Positions 13,113 to 25,300 of a DNA stretch of 64,000 bases are shown piece by piece (position 1 is the first letter of the stretch; each line of letters begins with the position of its first letter). Source of the DNA: Podarcis vaucheri (lineage: Eukaryota); NCBI GenBank assembly GCA_965113315.1, contig OZ220367.1; one strand, written 5' to 3'. Made by a program: the position numbers and the translations under genes. The notes beneath the pieces were generated by a model that saw only the letters and a program-made list of their open reading frames with translations, made no database searches and had not been told where the DNA came from.

Positions 13113-14239
13113 AATGAATTAATTGTCTTGGAATGGTTTCTTACAAGCACCAACAATGAATTCCAATTACAGCATAGTTAAAATAATTATCATGATTTTC
13201 CTCCCCCTACAAACATACTTTTAAAACATTAGTTGACACAAATTTGCTTGTGGGCTTACTTAAATGGGCTTATTTACAGGTAAGTGTGGCTAGGACAGCA
13301 GCCTTAGCTGCCTTGGAATGATTTACAATGGTACCCATGTAAATCATGCTTCTAAGTAAGAGACAACTGGTGGAGTAGGTGCCTAGAGTGGTGGGAGAGC
13401 AGAACCAGATGGGGTGGTACCTTCCTGTTGTCTTTCCTACCTTCCTGTCTCTCTCCACCACCTTCTGTCTTTGCTGAGCGGGGCAATCTTCACCAATAAC
13501 AACACAGAGCAGTCAAAAGTTGCAAGCATTGTGATGCCTTCTGCAGCAATTGAAAGTGATGGTTGAGTTTTGGCTGCCAACAGCGCCACAGGCAGCTCCT
13601 GATTAGTGCTATTGAAAGTGCACCTGAAAGCTGCAACACTCACTTTTGGAGGACACGATTTGGGGTGCTCCTAAAAGCCCCAGTTCACAGAAATTTAGCT
13701 ATCTGAGGGCAATTGGAGAAGCCCAATGAAACACCTGACACATTTGGGAGGGAGAGGAAACTCATCCTCCTCTGTGATAAGTTTTGATTCAAACCTGGAC
13801 CATATCATGAGACCTACTGTGGGCTGCTGCATCCAATGAGCCACTAACATTTTCTCTTCTTTTTCAATCAAGGATTTTGCTGACTGACGAACGTCTATTT
13901 GTACTGGTTTCAGGTGTTAATGTGTATATTTTTGTCATTATTTTATTTGTGCTGCTATGAATGTTACTAACATAAGGTGATACGTTTTGTCAGTGAAGGG
14001 AGGAATGCAATTGTTTAAACAAACAAATAGATATTGATAATCTGATTCTGATTACAGACAAAGATTAGCAGGATGTGTAATATGGACACTTGCCACTACT
14101 GAGATTTGGCCTCCCAAAGTCCCTGATGTTGACAGCTTTAGGACATTTTTAACCCACAGTGTCATATGGACAAAAAGGTTGCAGGGAGACGTTTCACAAA
14201 CTCCCTCTTTAAGAAAATCTTGTGTAAAAAAAAAAAGAG

Positions 14240-14305
14240 CCTCGACTATTGTAATGCTGTAGGCACAGGGCTGTCTTTGAAGACCATTTGGAAGCTACAG
14301 TTGGG
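14240..14305 (+). mobile_element. Short L2 LINE ORF2 relic
   Basis: CTCGACTATTGTAATGCT...CTGTCTTTGAAGACCATTTGGAAGCTACAG = LDYCNA..GLSLKTIWKLQ, the same motif as the L2 ORF at 21287-21802. Confidence 0.65.
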
Positions 14306-15619
14306 TCCATGAGATAGTCCATATCCCAAAGCACAGTACTAACAGATTCAAATGTTCAGAAAACACACAGCACAATCCTCATGAGACTATGACACTTCAG
14401 AACACAGGTGGAGGGAATCAAAAGCCTGGGTTTGCTTGTTTGTTTATTACAATTTACTATTAAAATGATTACTATTTATTACAAAAGAATGTGACGGAAT
14501 TCTCATCCAGATAAAAGCTATCTATTCTTAAATTGGGCTCTATACAATAAAGCCAAAACATTCAACAGCTACCCTTATTCAGCAGGATTAACATTTTATA
14601 GCTTCACTTTGCTTAATGTATCATCTGTAGGAAACCGTGGCTGGGATTAACGAAGTATTAAATTAGGCAAAACATGAAATTCCGGAAGAGATTATAAAAA
14701 TCTAGAAGTAGTGAGTGATCAAGCTTAACTGGACTTTGAAAACAGAGAAAGAGTTCTACTTGATGGATTTTTCATTAGATTAAAACCAGATATTTACTCA
14801 CCATTAGAAAAGAGGGGAGGGGGAGAGAAACCCACCATTACAGAAGCCAAATAGAGGGACAAAGAGACAAAGAGACTTTAGAGACTTGTTTGTCTCTAAA
14901 GAGATATTCCAAAAGCTTTTTGAAACATAGTTAAACAACCAGCTGGAGGAAAAGAAGAACTGAATACTGACTTTATTAATTCATAGCAAAACCATAATGT
15001 AGGTTGATGCTTTAAGAAACAACCCCCTTTATATTTGTCAGTTTTCACATAACTGATTTTCCTTCTAGTGTAGGCCTCCACAATCTGCAGGCTGCCAAAT
15101 GTTGTCCACAAGCAACATTTTATAACCTGCCAATTGCTTAACAACCTCCCCCATTTTGCAGTTCTAGCTAAGCAACAAACCCTTAATAAGCAGCCACGCA
15201 TAGCTGGTGGGCTGCATTGGAATACTGGGCTCATGAAGACCTGCTCTAGAGGTGTTTTGCGGGGGGACTAAAATAAGTTTATTTTATTTATTTTATTTTA
15301 ATCTCTCCTGGAGGTTTTCTGAGCGCTAAAAACTCACTCATTAATACAGAACCTGAATTGATCAAATGAAAAGGGAAAAAAAATATTCACCTCTCAAGTT
15401 TGATCTAATGTATTCAAGCCAGTCTACATCTCATGCAGAATGAGGTGGTAGAATTCTAAATAGCATCACTTCGGATGCAACTTTATACAAGGATTGCTTA
15501 CCCTTTAAAGATGCAATACAAAACATTTCCTGAAATCACAGGAAAAGGTGCAATATTTAATTCACAATAAAGGGTACCAGGTAAAGCCTGTTTTGAAATA
15601 AAAATGCATGGGGCAACTA

Positions 15620-16389
15620 CCGTATTTTGCGCCCCATAGGACGCTCCGGCCCATAGGACACACCTAGTTTTTTGGGGGGAGAAATAAAGAAAAAAATTAT
15701 TTCCCCCCAGGTGCGGGGCTGGAAGAACCAGGTCGGGGAACAGCGGGAAGGCGCGCTCTGCCTCCCCGCTGTCCCCCAAGCTTGTGGGGCTGGCTATGGG
15801 GAGAAGTGCGCTGATCCCGGGACTGCAGGCAGCTCTGCGCGGCCACCAGGAGCGGGGCGGGACTTCGCGCCCAGCTCCCAGTGGCCGCGCAGAGCTGCAC
15901 AGAGCTGGGGACTGCAGGCAGCTCTGCATGGCCATCCGGAGCTGGCCGGAACTTCACGCCCCGCTTCCGATGGCCGCGCAGAGCAGCGCTGATCCCGGGA
16001 CTGCAGGCAGCTCTGCGCGGCCATCGGAAGCGGGGTGGGACTTCGCGACCGGCTCCCGGTGGCCGCGCAGAGCTGCGCTGAGCCCGGGACTGCAGGCAGC
16101 TCTGCGCGGCCATCGGGAACGGGGTGGGACTTCGCAACCGGCTCCCGGTGGCCGCGCAGAGCTGCGCTGATCCCGGGACTGCAGGCAGCTCTGCGCAACC
16201 CTCAGAGCCGGTCTCCCGAGGGTTGCGCAGAGCTTCCTGACACCTGGAGAGCGAGAGGGGTCAGTGCGCACTGACCCCTCTCGTGCTCCAGGCTTCAGCG
16301 AAAGCCTGCATTCGCCCCATAGGACGCACACACATTTCCCCTTCATTTTTGGAGGGGAAAAAGTGCGTCCTATAGGGCGAAAAATACGG
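15620..16389. mobile_element. Non-autonomous TcMar (Tc2/pogo-type, CCGTATTT termini) element with internal minisatellite
   Basis: 25-bp TIRs CCGTATTTTGCGCCCCATAGGACGC / GCGTCCTATAGGGCGAAAAATACGG (23/25), TA on both sides, CpG-rich and undecayed. Confidence 0.92.
15811..16235. repeat. 89-bp GC-rich tandem repeat, ~4.7 units, each an inverted repeat
   Basis: Units start at 15811, 15900, 15989, 16078, 16167 (CTGAxCCCGGGACTGCAGGCAGCTCTGCGCGGCC...GGCCGCGCAGAGCTGCG). Confidence 0.92.
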
Positions 16390-17804
16390 TAAATACAGAC
16401 AGGTGCAATGATACTATTATGTATAATACCATTTAAGGCTCCCTGATTCCACAGTAGGAATGAAGCAAAAGTTCCTAGAATGGATAGCATAAGAGAGAAT
16501 GGTGGCTCTTGTATTTATATTCTGCTTGTAAGCTCCTTGGGGCACGTTCCTGCCTTGCTACACTGCAAATTGTCAAGTACACTGGATAGGGGCTATAAGA
16601 ATGAATAAATAGTAACACCACCATCACGATCTACAACACTGCCAAAGGAACATTTTTCTTTCTCCCAGTAGTCCCCAGCAAAACCTTTTAAAACGGAGTT
16701 TGGCTCAGAGGCATTTTGGTGGGTTTTAAAATCAAGTGATCAAACCTATCCAATCTGCAGCTGCTCAAGTGTGCGTGTGGCTCTGCTTGGGAGGCATCTT
16801 AAAGATAAGCTGCAAAGAGCAAGGAGCGTGATGCCCTCTAATGTTTTCCAAAGGTCATGGAATTCCAGTGTCATGAAATGATTACATAAAGAGGATCTGT
16901 AGATTCTTATCTCCTTGCAGCGTTTCAGGCTATTCAAAGCTTACTGGCACACTAACCATGGCTTATGATATAACTAAAGAGATACTGCCAGATAACAGCA
17001 GAAATAATGACACGAGACAGGTAGCTGTTCACAGCAAGGCACTGAATAGAGTCTATAAGCGAGGGCTTGTGGGGATGAGCTGTGTTTGCCGTTGCAGAAA
17101 GTGCCTGCACAAATGAAGCTTAGACCTATCCTTAGACAGTTGTATCAAGACAGCAGCTCACAGGCAGGGGCGTCACCTTTTTGCATGCAAAAATTCTTGC
17201 ATCCCTGGCTGTGTGCCTCTATATATTTGCAGATTTTGTTTCTTCCTGAAGGCAATGCTTCCTCACCTGTGCAGAGACCATCAAGGGATGCTGTGGAATC
17301 TGGTGCCTAAAATATGGCCTGATGTGAGAACATAATTAACAGAGATGGAGAGGCTCTGGACTAGCCAGTTGTTGACTGAGAGATTAAGCACACTTTCAGT
17401 CTTCTTTTCCAGCATTTATAGAGATTCTTTTTGTTTGTTTTCTTAACAATGCATTTTTACCAGGGTATGATACAATCTTGGAATTACTTTTAGAGTGATT
17501 TCCCTGGTACAAGTGGATGGTGAAGACAGGAGGAATTAATTTGAAATCTTTGCCCATATCTCTGTATTTACTTATTTTTTCTACTTCCTTTGCATTACAA
17601 ATGATCTCAGCAGCTCAGATCCAGAAGTTTGTACAGAACAGAACAGACAGTGTACCCTTGTAGTAAGTACGTCTGGAAGCTTTTAAACTTCCAAATCTTG
17701 TAAGTCTCCTGGAGACCAGGGCAATTAATTCTCTTTTCCCAGATAAGTTAGACTAACAGCAAATACTGTTACCAGGGAACTCACATATATACAGTCATTC
17801 TCAT

Positions 17805-17951
17805 CAGTGGCGTAGCGTGGGGGGTGCAGGGGGGCCCTGCCGCACCGGGCGCAACATCTGGGGGTTAGGGTTAGGGGGCGCAAATCCACGGGTTAGGGGG
17901 CGCAAATTACTTGCCTTGCCCCGGGTGCTGACAACCCACGCTACGCCACTG
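17805..17951 (-). mobile_element. hAT MITE, family B (telomeric-motif), copy 1
   Basis: 17-bp TIR CAGTGGCGTAGCGTGGG/CCCACGCTACGCCACTG; perfect 8-bp TSD ATTCTCAT; opposite orientation to the copies at 18562 and 34963. Confidence 0.95.
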
Positions 17952-17955
17952 ATTC

Positions 17956-17958
<3 letters not shown>

Positions 17959-18004
<46 letters not shown>
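17959..18004. repeat. (CT)n microsatellite
   Basis: Direct reading. Confidence 0.95.
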
Positions 18005-18007
<3 letters not shown>

Positions 18008-18009
18008 CA

Positions 18010-19185
18010 CCTTTGGAATAACCCTAACTGACGATATTTAACAAATATCTCCTCCCTTTGGGGACAAGCTACTTGAGAGGTTTGTGGCAATGCAGCTGCA
18101 GACAGTCATGGAGAAAACTGATTATCTAGACTCATTACAAAGTTGGGTCTGGGACTGAATCTGCCTTGGTCACCCTGATGGATGACCTCTATCAGGAGGG
18201 GACAGCAGAGAGTGTATCTCTTACTAGATTTCTCATTGGTTTTTGGTCACTGTATCCTCCTGGTATCAGAGATATTGTTCTGCAGTGGTTCAAGCCTTAT
18301 CTCCAGGGCAGGTTCCAGAAGGCAGCATTGGATGAGTGCTTTTCAGACCCCCTGACTCTTGAACTATGGGATGCTGCAGGGCACTACATTGTCTCCAATG
18401 TTATCTGACATCCACATGAAGCTGTTGGGAGTGGGGGGTTTTTGAGCAACATCTGAATCAGGATTGGCTGGGAAGAACCTGGACTGGTGTCTAGATGCAG
18501 TGGTAAACTGCTAATAAACTGAGTCTGAATCCTGGCAAGATAGAGGCTCTGTGGGTAGGTGCAGTGGCGTAGCGTGGGTTGTCAGCACCCGGGGCAAGGC
18601 AAGTAATTTGCGCCCCCTAACCCATGGATTTGTGCCCCCTAACCCGTGGATTTGCACCCCCTAACCCTAACCCCCAGATGTTGCGCCCGGTGCGGCCAGC
18701 CCCCCCTGCACCCTCCACACTACGCCACTGGGTAGGTGGCTTCTAGGTCTGGCAAGCTGGTAAATTGTCTGCCCTGGAAGGGGTCACACTCTCCCTGAAG
18801 AAGCAAGGGCTCAGTGTGGGGGTCCTTCTGCATCTAGCTCTGCCACTAGAGGTGCAGGTGGCGAGGAATGCCTTTTACCAGCTTCTGTTGGTAAGACAGC
18901 TATGGGCATTCTTGGATCTGGATAGCTTGACCACCACAGTTGTCCATGAATTGCTGAGCTCACAATTGGATTACTGCAATCTGCTTTATTTGGATGGGAC
19001 TGGTCTCAAATGTGGCAGCTGGGGGTGGGGGCAAACTACCACCAACAGGTGACATGTAACACCTTGAGGAATTTGCATTGGTTCCTAATCTGCTTCCGGG
19101 CCAGATTCGGCATGTTAGTAACATATAAGGCCCTCTACAGCTCAGAGTCGGGTTACTTGAGAGACCACCTTATCCCTTATTTAAT
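18010..19185 (+). pseudogene. Degraded L2 LINE ORF2 (RT to C-terminus) fragment
   Basis: Relic peptides TESALVTLMDDL, VLQWFKPYLQGRFQK, QLDYCN, LRNLHWFLICFRARF with frameshifts and deletions; interrupted by a MITE at 18562. Confidence 0.85.
18562..18730 (+). mobile_element. hAT MITE, family B, copy 2 (nested in L2)
   Basis: Same TIRs; perfect TSD GGTAGGTG; one extra internal ~21-bp unit. Confidence 0.95.
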
Positions 19186-21053
19186 CTCAGATTAATTTGG
19201 GGCAAAAAATTTAGTGTGGCTGCCTGTGGTTTTGTGGAGTAACGTTCTTGTTCAAGCCACTGAAGACATTTTTGTTCTGACAGGCTTTCCTAGCCGGATA
19301 AATGGGTCTTTGACACAAGCACCTATTTTGTATTGTTTTAGTTTTGTTTTAAATGTATCAGTTTTGGGGCTTTTAAAAACTGTTTTGATTTTACTTTGCC
19401 TTGAATCAGTTGTGTAGAAAGCGATTCATAAATACACTAGTTAAACTAATTAAACAAAACTGCACCAGGGTTTTCATATTCTGCATCACAAAAAGAAAAA
19501 TTCTACAACCTACACAAGCTTGTCGTATCAAATAAATGATAAATGAATGAATGAAGAGCAGCAATCAGCTATGCCTGCCACACACTAAATCCCAGCCTTC
19601 TGACTGCTGGAATTTCAAAAAGAATTGTCTCAACACTTTAAAGCCTCTGCTGACAGTATAAAGGTCTATAAACCTTTAACTTCTTGAAGAAAAATACACA
19701 ACATAGTGTGATATCCAGGATACTGACTTGTGTGACTAGCACCAGTTTTACATCCTTGTATTTATGCAGAATTACAAAATACTGTATATGTAGTTGCAGG
19801 TTTATATGTGTATAGGAGCTGGGTGCATAAAATGCCTTCTTACAAAATGTTTTTTCATGAATGCAGATGTAGAAGCAGCTGGATCTGCAAATCCAAAATG
19901 AGAGGAGGCACAACTCTTCCATAGATATTCCTGCAAGCTTTTTGTAAGATTTTTATAAGAGGTATCTGTAACAAGGTAGGTAATATATTCACACATGGGT
20001 ATGAAATCACTAAATGAACTTATATAGAGATTGTATGTTCCATTGACAGGTCTGATTATTTTAAAATTCTAATTCCATTACTGCAACTGGCAGCCTGCAA
20101 GGGCATGCTGTACTAACTGCAGGTCGGGAGGCCATGATACACGTTGACAAAAAGCATTAAAGGTTAAATAGATGCAAGCCTGTAAAACATTTCAAGCTGC
20201 GCGATGCCAAGAGCAAGCATTAAACCAGCAAACACAAGGCTATTCAAGACAGGAGAAAGCAACATTCCGATTTATCGTCCTGCACTCTTGATTTCACTGG
20301 CATTTCCATCTGGATTTACAGCATATATTGGCACACTGCTAGAACCCTAGGCACCTTTTACATCTACACTAGAAGTTCCCAGTCTTGTAATACAAATAGC
20401 AGGGGGCAGGCAATGGATGGGTTTGGAGGACGGGGGGAAAAATCTGGTAAGATAATAGTTTTGGCACAATCTTAAATGTAGCTGGAATGTACTACGTTGA
20501 AATGGTTCCAGTTAAATGTAGTTCTCAGTGGCTCTCCAAAATATTTTACAGGCGCCAAAGAAAAATTAGCTTTTTTAAAAGAAAGGGAGGGAAATGATTA
20601 GTTGTCACAATTGCCAATAAAGAACTATAGGATACAGTTATATGATTTACTGAGTCAATAATAAAGCATACCAAGAGGAAAAGGATGTGTGCACTATAAT
20701 TACAAAGTGTTCCGTGGTCTAAATCAAAACAATTAGAAAATTTCGTTTCAGAAAAAGAAGATTGAAAAGTAACTTTGAATTGTACTAAAGCCTAACACTT
20801 ACACAGACCTGTGATACCCAATGCTCCTGAGCCACTGGCATTCATGTATAATATAAAATTAGACTCAATGGCAAAGAAACAATCTCAAGCATTGACTCTG
20901 GACACTTTTGGCCTACTCCGTGGCAGTGAAGGCAACAAACAAGGCATGCTTTGCTGGCTCCATTGCATCCTCATTGTACTGTCTGGCAGAGCTTTTCCCA
21001 GTAGTCTAGAGTGCTCCTGTTTAGGGTTCCAGTCAGCCATTCCTACAATCTTC

Positions 21054-21818
21054 CAACAACAACAACAACAATTTATTATTTGTACCCTGCCCATCTGGCT
21101 GGGTTTCCCCAGCCACTCTGGGTGGCTTCCAACAAAGATTAAAAATACATTAAAATGTCACACATTAAAAACTTCCCTAAACAGGACTGCCTTCAGGTGT
21201 CTTCTAAATGTCAGGTAGTTGTTTATTTCTTTGACATCTGATGGGAGGGCATTCCACAGGGTGGGCGCCACAACCGAGAAGGCCCTCTACCTGGTTCCCT
21301 GGAGCTTTGATTCTCGCAGTGAGGGAACGGCCAGCAGGTCCTCGGCTCTGGACCTCAGTGTCCGGGCAGAACGATGGGGGTTGAGACGCTCCTTCAGGTA
21401 TACTGGACCGAGGCCGTAAAGGGCTTTAAAGGTCAGCACCAACACTTTGAATTGTGCTTGGAAACGCACTGGGAGCCAATGTAGGTCTTTCAAGACCGGT
21501 GTTATATGGTCTCGGCGGCCGCTCCCAGTCACCAGTCTAGCTGCCGCATTCTGGATTAGCTGTAGTTTCTGGGTCACCTTCAAAGGTAGCCCCACGTAGA
21601 GCGCATTGCAGTAGTCCAAGCGGGAGATAACTAGATCATGCACCACTCTGGCGAGACAGTCTGCGGGCAGGTAGGGTCTCAGCCTGCGTACCAGGTGGAG
21701 CTGGTAGACAGCTGCCCTGGATACAGAACTGATCTGCGCCTCCATGGACAGCTGTGAGTCCAGAATGACTCCCAGGCTGCGAACCTGGTCCTTCAGGGGC
21801 ACAGTTACCCCATTCAGG
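21054..21818 (-). mobile_element. 5'-truncated L2 LINE, relatively young, with (TTG)n tail
   Basis: ORF 21287-21802 (VRSLGVILDSQL, SRLDYCNALYVGLP, LQLIQNAAARLV, HITPVLKDLHWLPV) is typical L2 ORF2; it stops at TAG where the sibling copies (44.8 kb, 62.9 kb) have CAG; the frame continues RAFSVVAPTLWNALP; 3' UTR and tail present. Confidence 0.92.
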
Positions 21819-21993
21819 TAACTGTTTGCATTATATTACCCTATCCAACCAACCAACCAACCAACCACAACTGACATTAAAAGGCTGCAGAGCATGCTCA
21901 TTGAGCCATATTTGGTGGGGTTTTTTTGTTTTTTTGCCATCTCCCCTCACCCCAAAAAGTTTTAGTACTTCTACATACCTTGGGATTCTAGTA

Positions 21994-22361
21994 AAGGTAA
22001 AGGTAAAGGTACCCCTGCCCATACGGGCCAATCGTGACCGACTCTGGGGTTGTGCGCCCATCTCGCTTAAGAGGCCGGGGGCCAGCGCTGTCCGGAGACA
22101 CTTCCGGGTCATGTGGCCAGCGTGACGAGGCTGCTCTGGCGAGTCTGCACCAGCGCAGCACACAGAAATGCCATTTACCTTCCTGCTATAAAGCGGTACC
22201 TATTTATCTACTTGCACTTAAGAGTGCTTTTGAACTGCTAGGTGGGCAGGAGCTGGGACCGAACGATGGGAGCTCACCCCGCCGTGGGGATTCGAACCGC
22301 TGACCATGCAATCGGCAAGTCCTAGGCGCTGAGGGTTTACTCACAGTGCCACCCGCGTCCC
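21994..22361 (-). mobile_element. Sauria SINE, full length
   Basis: 5' GGGACGCGGGTGGC, B-box GGTTCGAATCC, (ACCTTT)n tail, 13-bp TSD TGGGATTCTAGTA (21981-21993 / 22362-22374). Confidence 0.93.
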
Positions 22362-25300
22362 TGGGATTCTAGTACATGCTAGTAAATCCGACTGTTCCTG
22401 GCCATTGGGCATTCTGGCTAGGGCATATGGGAGTTGTAATCCAAAAATCCCCTGGAGGTTGGGGAAGGCTACGCTTTATCAGATTGGCTCTATATAGTTC
22501 AGCACAACACAGTTGAAAGTAAATGAAGGGTGACCTGAAAACCATATTGATACAACAATTATTTCCCTCCAAAACTGATAGACGGCAGGGAAATTTTTTA
22601 TGCCCCCCCCACTTACTGATGAATGGCAATGTAATATTAATTTACCTCACTCAAAACAAATTAGTTTAAAAGACACACCAAATGAATATGCTTAATGGTG
22701 GCAGTGCACAAGCAAGTTTGTTAATTTGTCAGTCAGCCCAAACCAAAAGAATGGGCATGCTATAGATTGTGTCAAAAGCTTGATGAACAGACTGCAAATA
22801 AATCACTTTGTTAGCTCTGCCTCACATATTAAATTACACGTCATTTAGCAAGGGGGAGCGGTTTCTCATTTAAAGTGCCATTTTCCAATTGAATGCGATA
22901 AGAGCACTTGGGGACAGTTTTTTTTTAAAAAAAAACCCTGCACAATGATGAACTGCAGGTTAAAACATTTTAAACAAACTTAAATAAAAATAAAAATAAA
23001 ATAAAAACAAAATCAAAAGATCAGATACATTAGCAATGAAAGTCATATTCTGTGCTCTGAAATGTCTGCGATTTGGTCGCAAGTTCACCTGTTTTTATGC
23101 CTGCCCATCATCATTATTCTTTGCCCCGCCCCCCACTTGCTAGAGGTGGGGTAAAGAAAGAGCTGCAAAATCCACTTTGTGTTACAAAGGAGTAGAGGGG
23201 GTGGAGAACATTCTTTCACATTATGTGGGCATCTGAGAGAGGATGCTGCACTGCTGATGTGCAAAGGAAAAAACCATCACCGTCTCTCCTCCTCCTCCTT
23301 GAAATGCAGTGGAAGGAGATGGCAGTGATCCAGATCCTTTTCATTTTGCAGTGAAAGGGGATGCAAGAGAGGAAACCATGCAGCCTTATCAGGTCCTCTG
23401 TGCAGGTGGACGGGTGGGTGGAATCACACTTCTGCTGCAGGGTACTCTCATCTCAAGCTGGAGGAAGAGGAGATGGTAGACAGAACAAGCAGATGACCCT
23501 ACTCATGCAGGACTTTATGGCCACAAGCCCATCACAAGATAATCATAATTGTTACCTTCCCTTAGTTATTAATTAAATTACTAGAAACTTTACTACTCTA
23601 CTCTGAGGCCCTCTAATAAAGCAGGAAGTCCACTTTCACTCATAGGCTTGGCACGATTCCCCAAGGTTCAGACCTCAAGATTCAGGAACAGAGCTTGAAG
23701 CAAAGGAACGACTGCATTCTGAGATAGGGGTGGCTTTCAGAGGAAACAGACAAAGGATCTCACCAGGCTTGCCTGGGGGGGGGGAGAGCTTGTTGGACGT
23801 AGGGATGGGGCTAAGCAAACAGCAAAATATTTCAAGCCAAGTAAGAAAAAAGGCTACCCTCCTGGTGCTGTCCCTATATATTTACACCTTCCCCTGGAGA
23901 CCCAGAGAAATATATCAAAATTGTAGGTCAAAGCCTAGGGCATTGCGATCATACGCACCAAAATCCCCTGGTCACATGACTGCATAGATCTTTTTATCCT
24001 AGCCCTTACAAAAGGCCAGCGGGCGCAATGGGAAGACTTGAAGAATACAGGAGGATTTGAGAGAATCCAAGGAGGGAAAGTAGATTTGGAGAGGACAAAA
24101 CAAGGAGAGACATCCGCTGGAGCTGTTGAGCATGGGATTGAGTTTGGGGTTTGACATGACAAGCAAGCTCATAATCGTTGCTTTTTGCCAAAGTAGGCCT
24201 TGGAAATCAAAGTAGCAGGCATGTGGGCAAGGAGGAAGAAGAAGAGAATATGGGGGAAAGAAGAGAGGAGGATATGAGAACAAAGTTATTGGGAAACCTA
24301 TAAATACACAGAAAACCCTCCACAAACAAATGGGGCTGGGATATATAGGAGGAACCTTTTTTGTGGAATGAATCCAGGTGGATTGTATTTTCTGGGACTC
24401 TCTTTCAAGGGGGCTCCGTACAAAGTTGTCCCCTTTTCCGTCAATTCTCTTCTGCAGTAGCCTCACAAATACATGCAACCTCCTTCCCCCTGCTGGTCCT
24501 GATGTTCAGTGAGCAACTTCACAGAGCCCATAATAGACACCTTCTGTCGGAGCCTGAAAGTGGCTATTAGTATCTATAGGAGGCCTGTGCAAAGCAGCAA
24601 TTGAAGAACGAGTTGCCCAAGCAATGCATTTCAGGAGGTTCCTAAAATACTACTCTTGGATGAACAGCCAGCCTGCTGAGCTGCTGTACTTGGAACTGAT
24701 AGGCTGACTCCGCTGCAAGAATCCTTGCCTGGGATCAGACACAGACTTTTAAATTGGTCTTCATGAAAAAGAACAATTCCTCCCGCCCATTTCCCCTAAT
24801 GCACTTTCATTAGGATAAAGAGGGCAGAGTGCCTTGCTGTGACTACTTCCCCTTCCAACTAGTTCTCTCTTGTTTTATTAATTATCCACTGAATTGATCA
24901 AAAATTCTCGCATCCTTTCCAAAAGGTGCTCAGGTTTTTGACATCTGCAAGCCTGTCGTTGGAAGAAGGACTGACGATGCTTTCACTGATAAAGTTGCAG
25001 GGAGTCAAGCGATACAAAGCTGCCACTCTTATTTTGTTTGTTTCCTTGGTTCTATTTGGCATGTGTCATGTGTTTCTTCTGCCAGTCAGAATGGGAAGCA
25101 GCTAATTCTGTTGTATTTAAAGTTCATTTCAAGGCAGTCTGTTAATAAAATGCACTTAGATCACATCCTGACGGACACATCCTGGTGCCCAGCCTGCTAT
25201 TAGCCTCCGCTGCTAAGCAGTAGCAGTGGCTCATGTAAACTCCGCAGCTCAGCTGAATCCACTACCGTACTATACTGTGCAAGCAACTAACTCATTTGTT

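Noticed and set aside
15811-16235. CRISPR-like repeat/spacer appearance
   Set aside because: The variable segments are homologous to each other rather than unique spacers, the array lies inside TcMar TIRs in vertebrate DNA, and there are no cas genes
15498-16490. Multiple overlapping 100-180 aa ORFs
   Set aside because: A by-product of a GC-rich, stop-poor palindromic tandem repeat; repetitive peptides with no transposase motifs
21287-21802. 171-aa ORF as a functional gene
   Set aside because: 5'-truncated L2 ORF2 C-terminus with a premature TAG
23935-24478. 159-aa and 75-aa minus-strand ORFs
   Set aside because: No recognisable domain; composition driven by pyrimidine-rich sequence; no clear coding-exon boundaries
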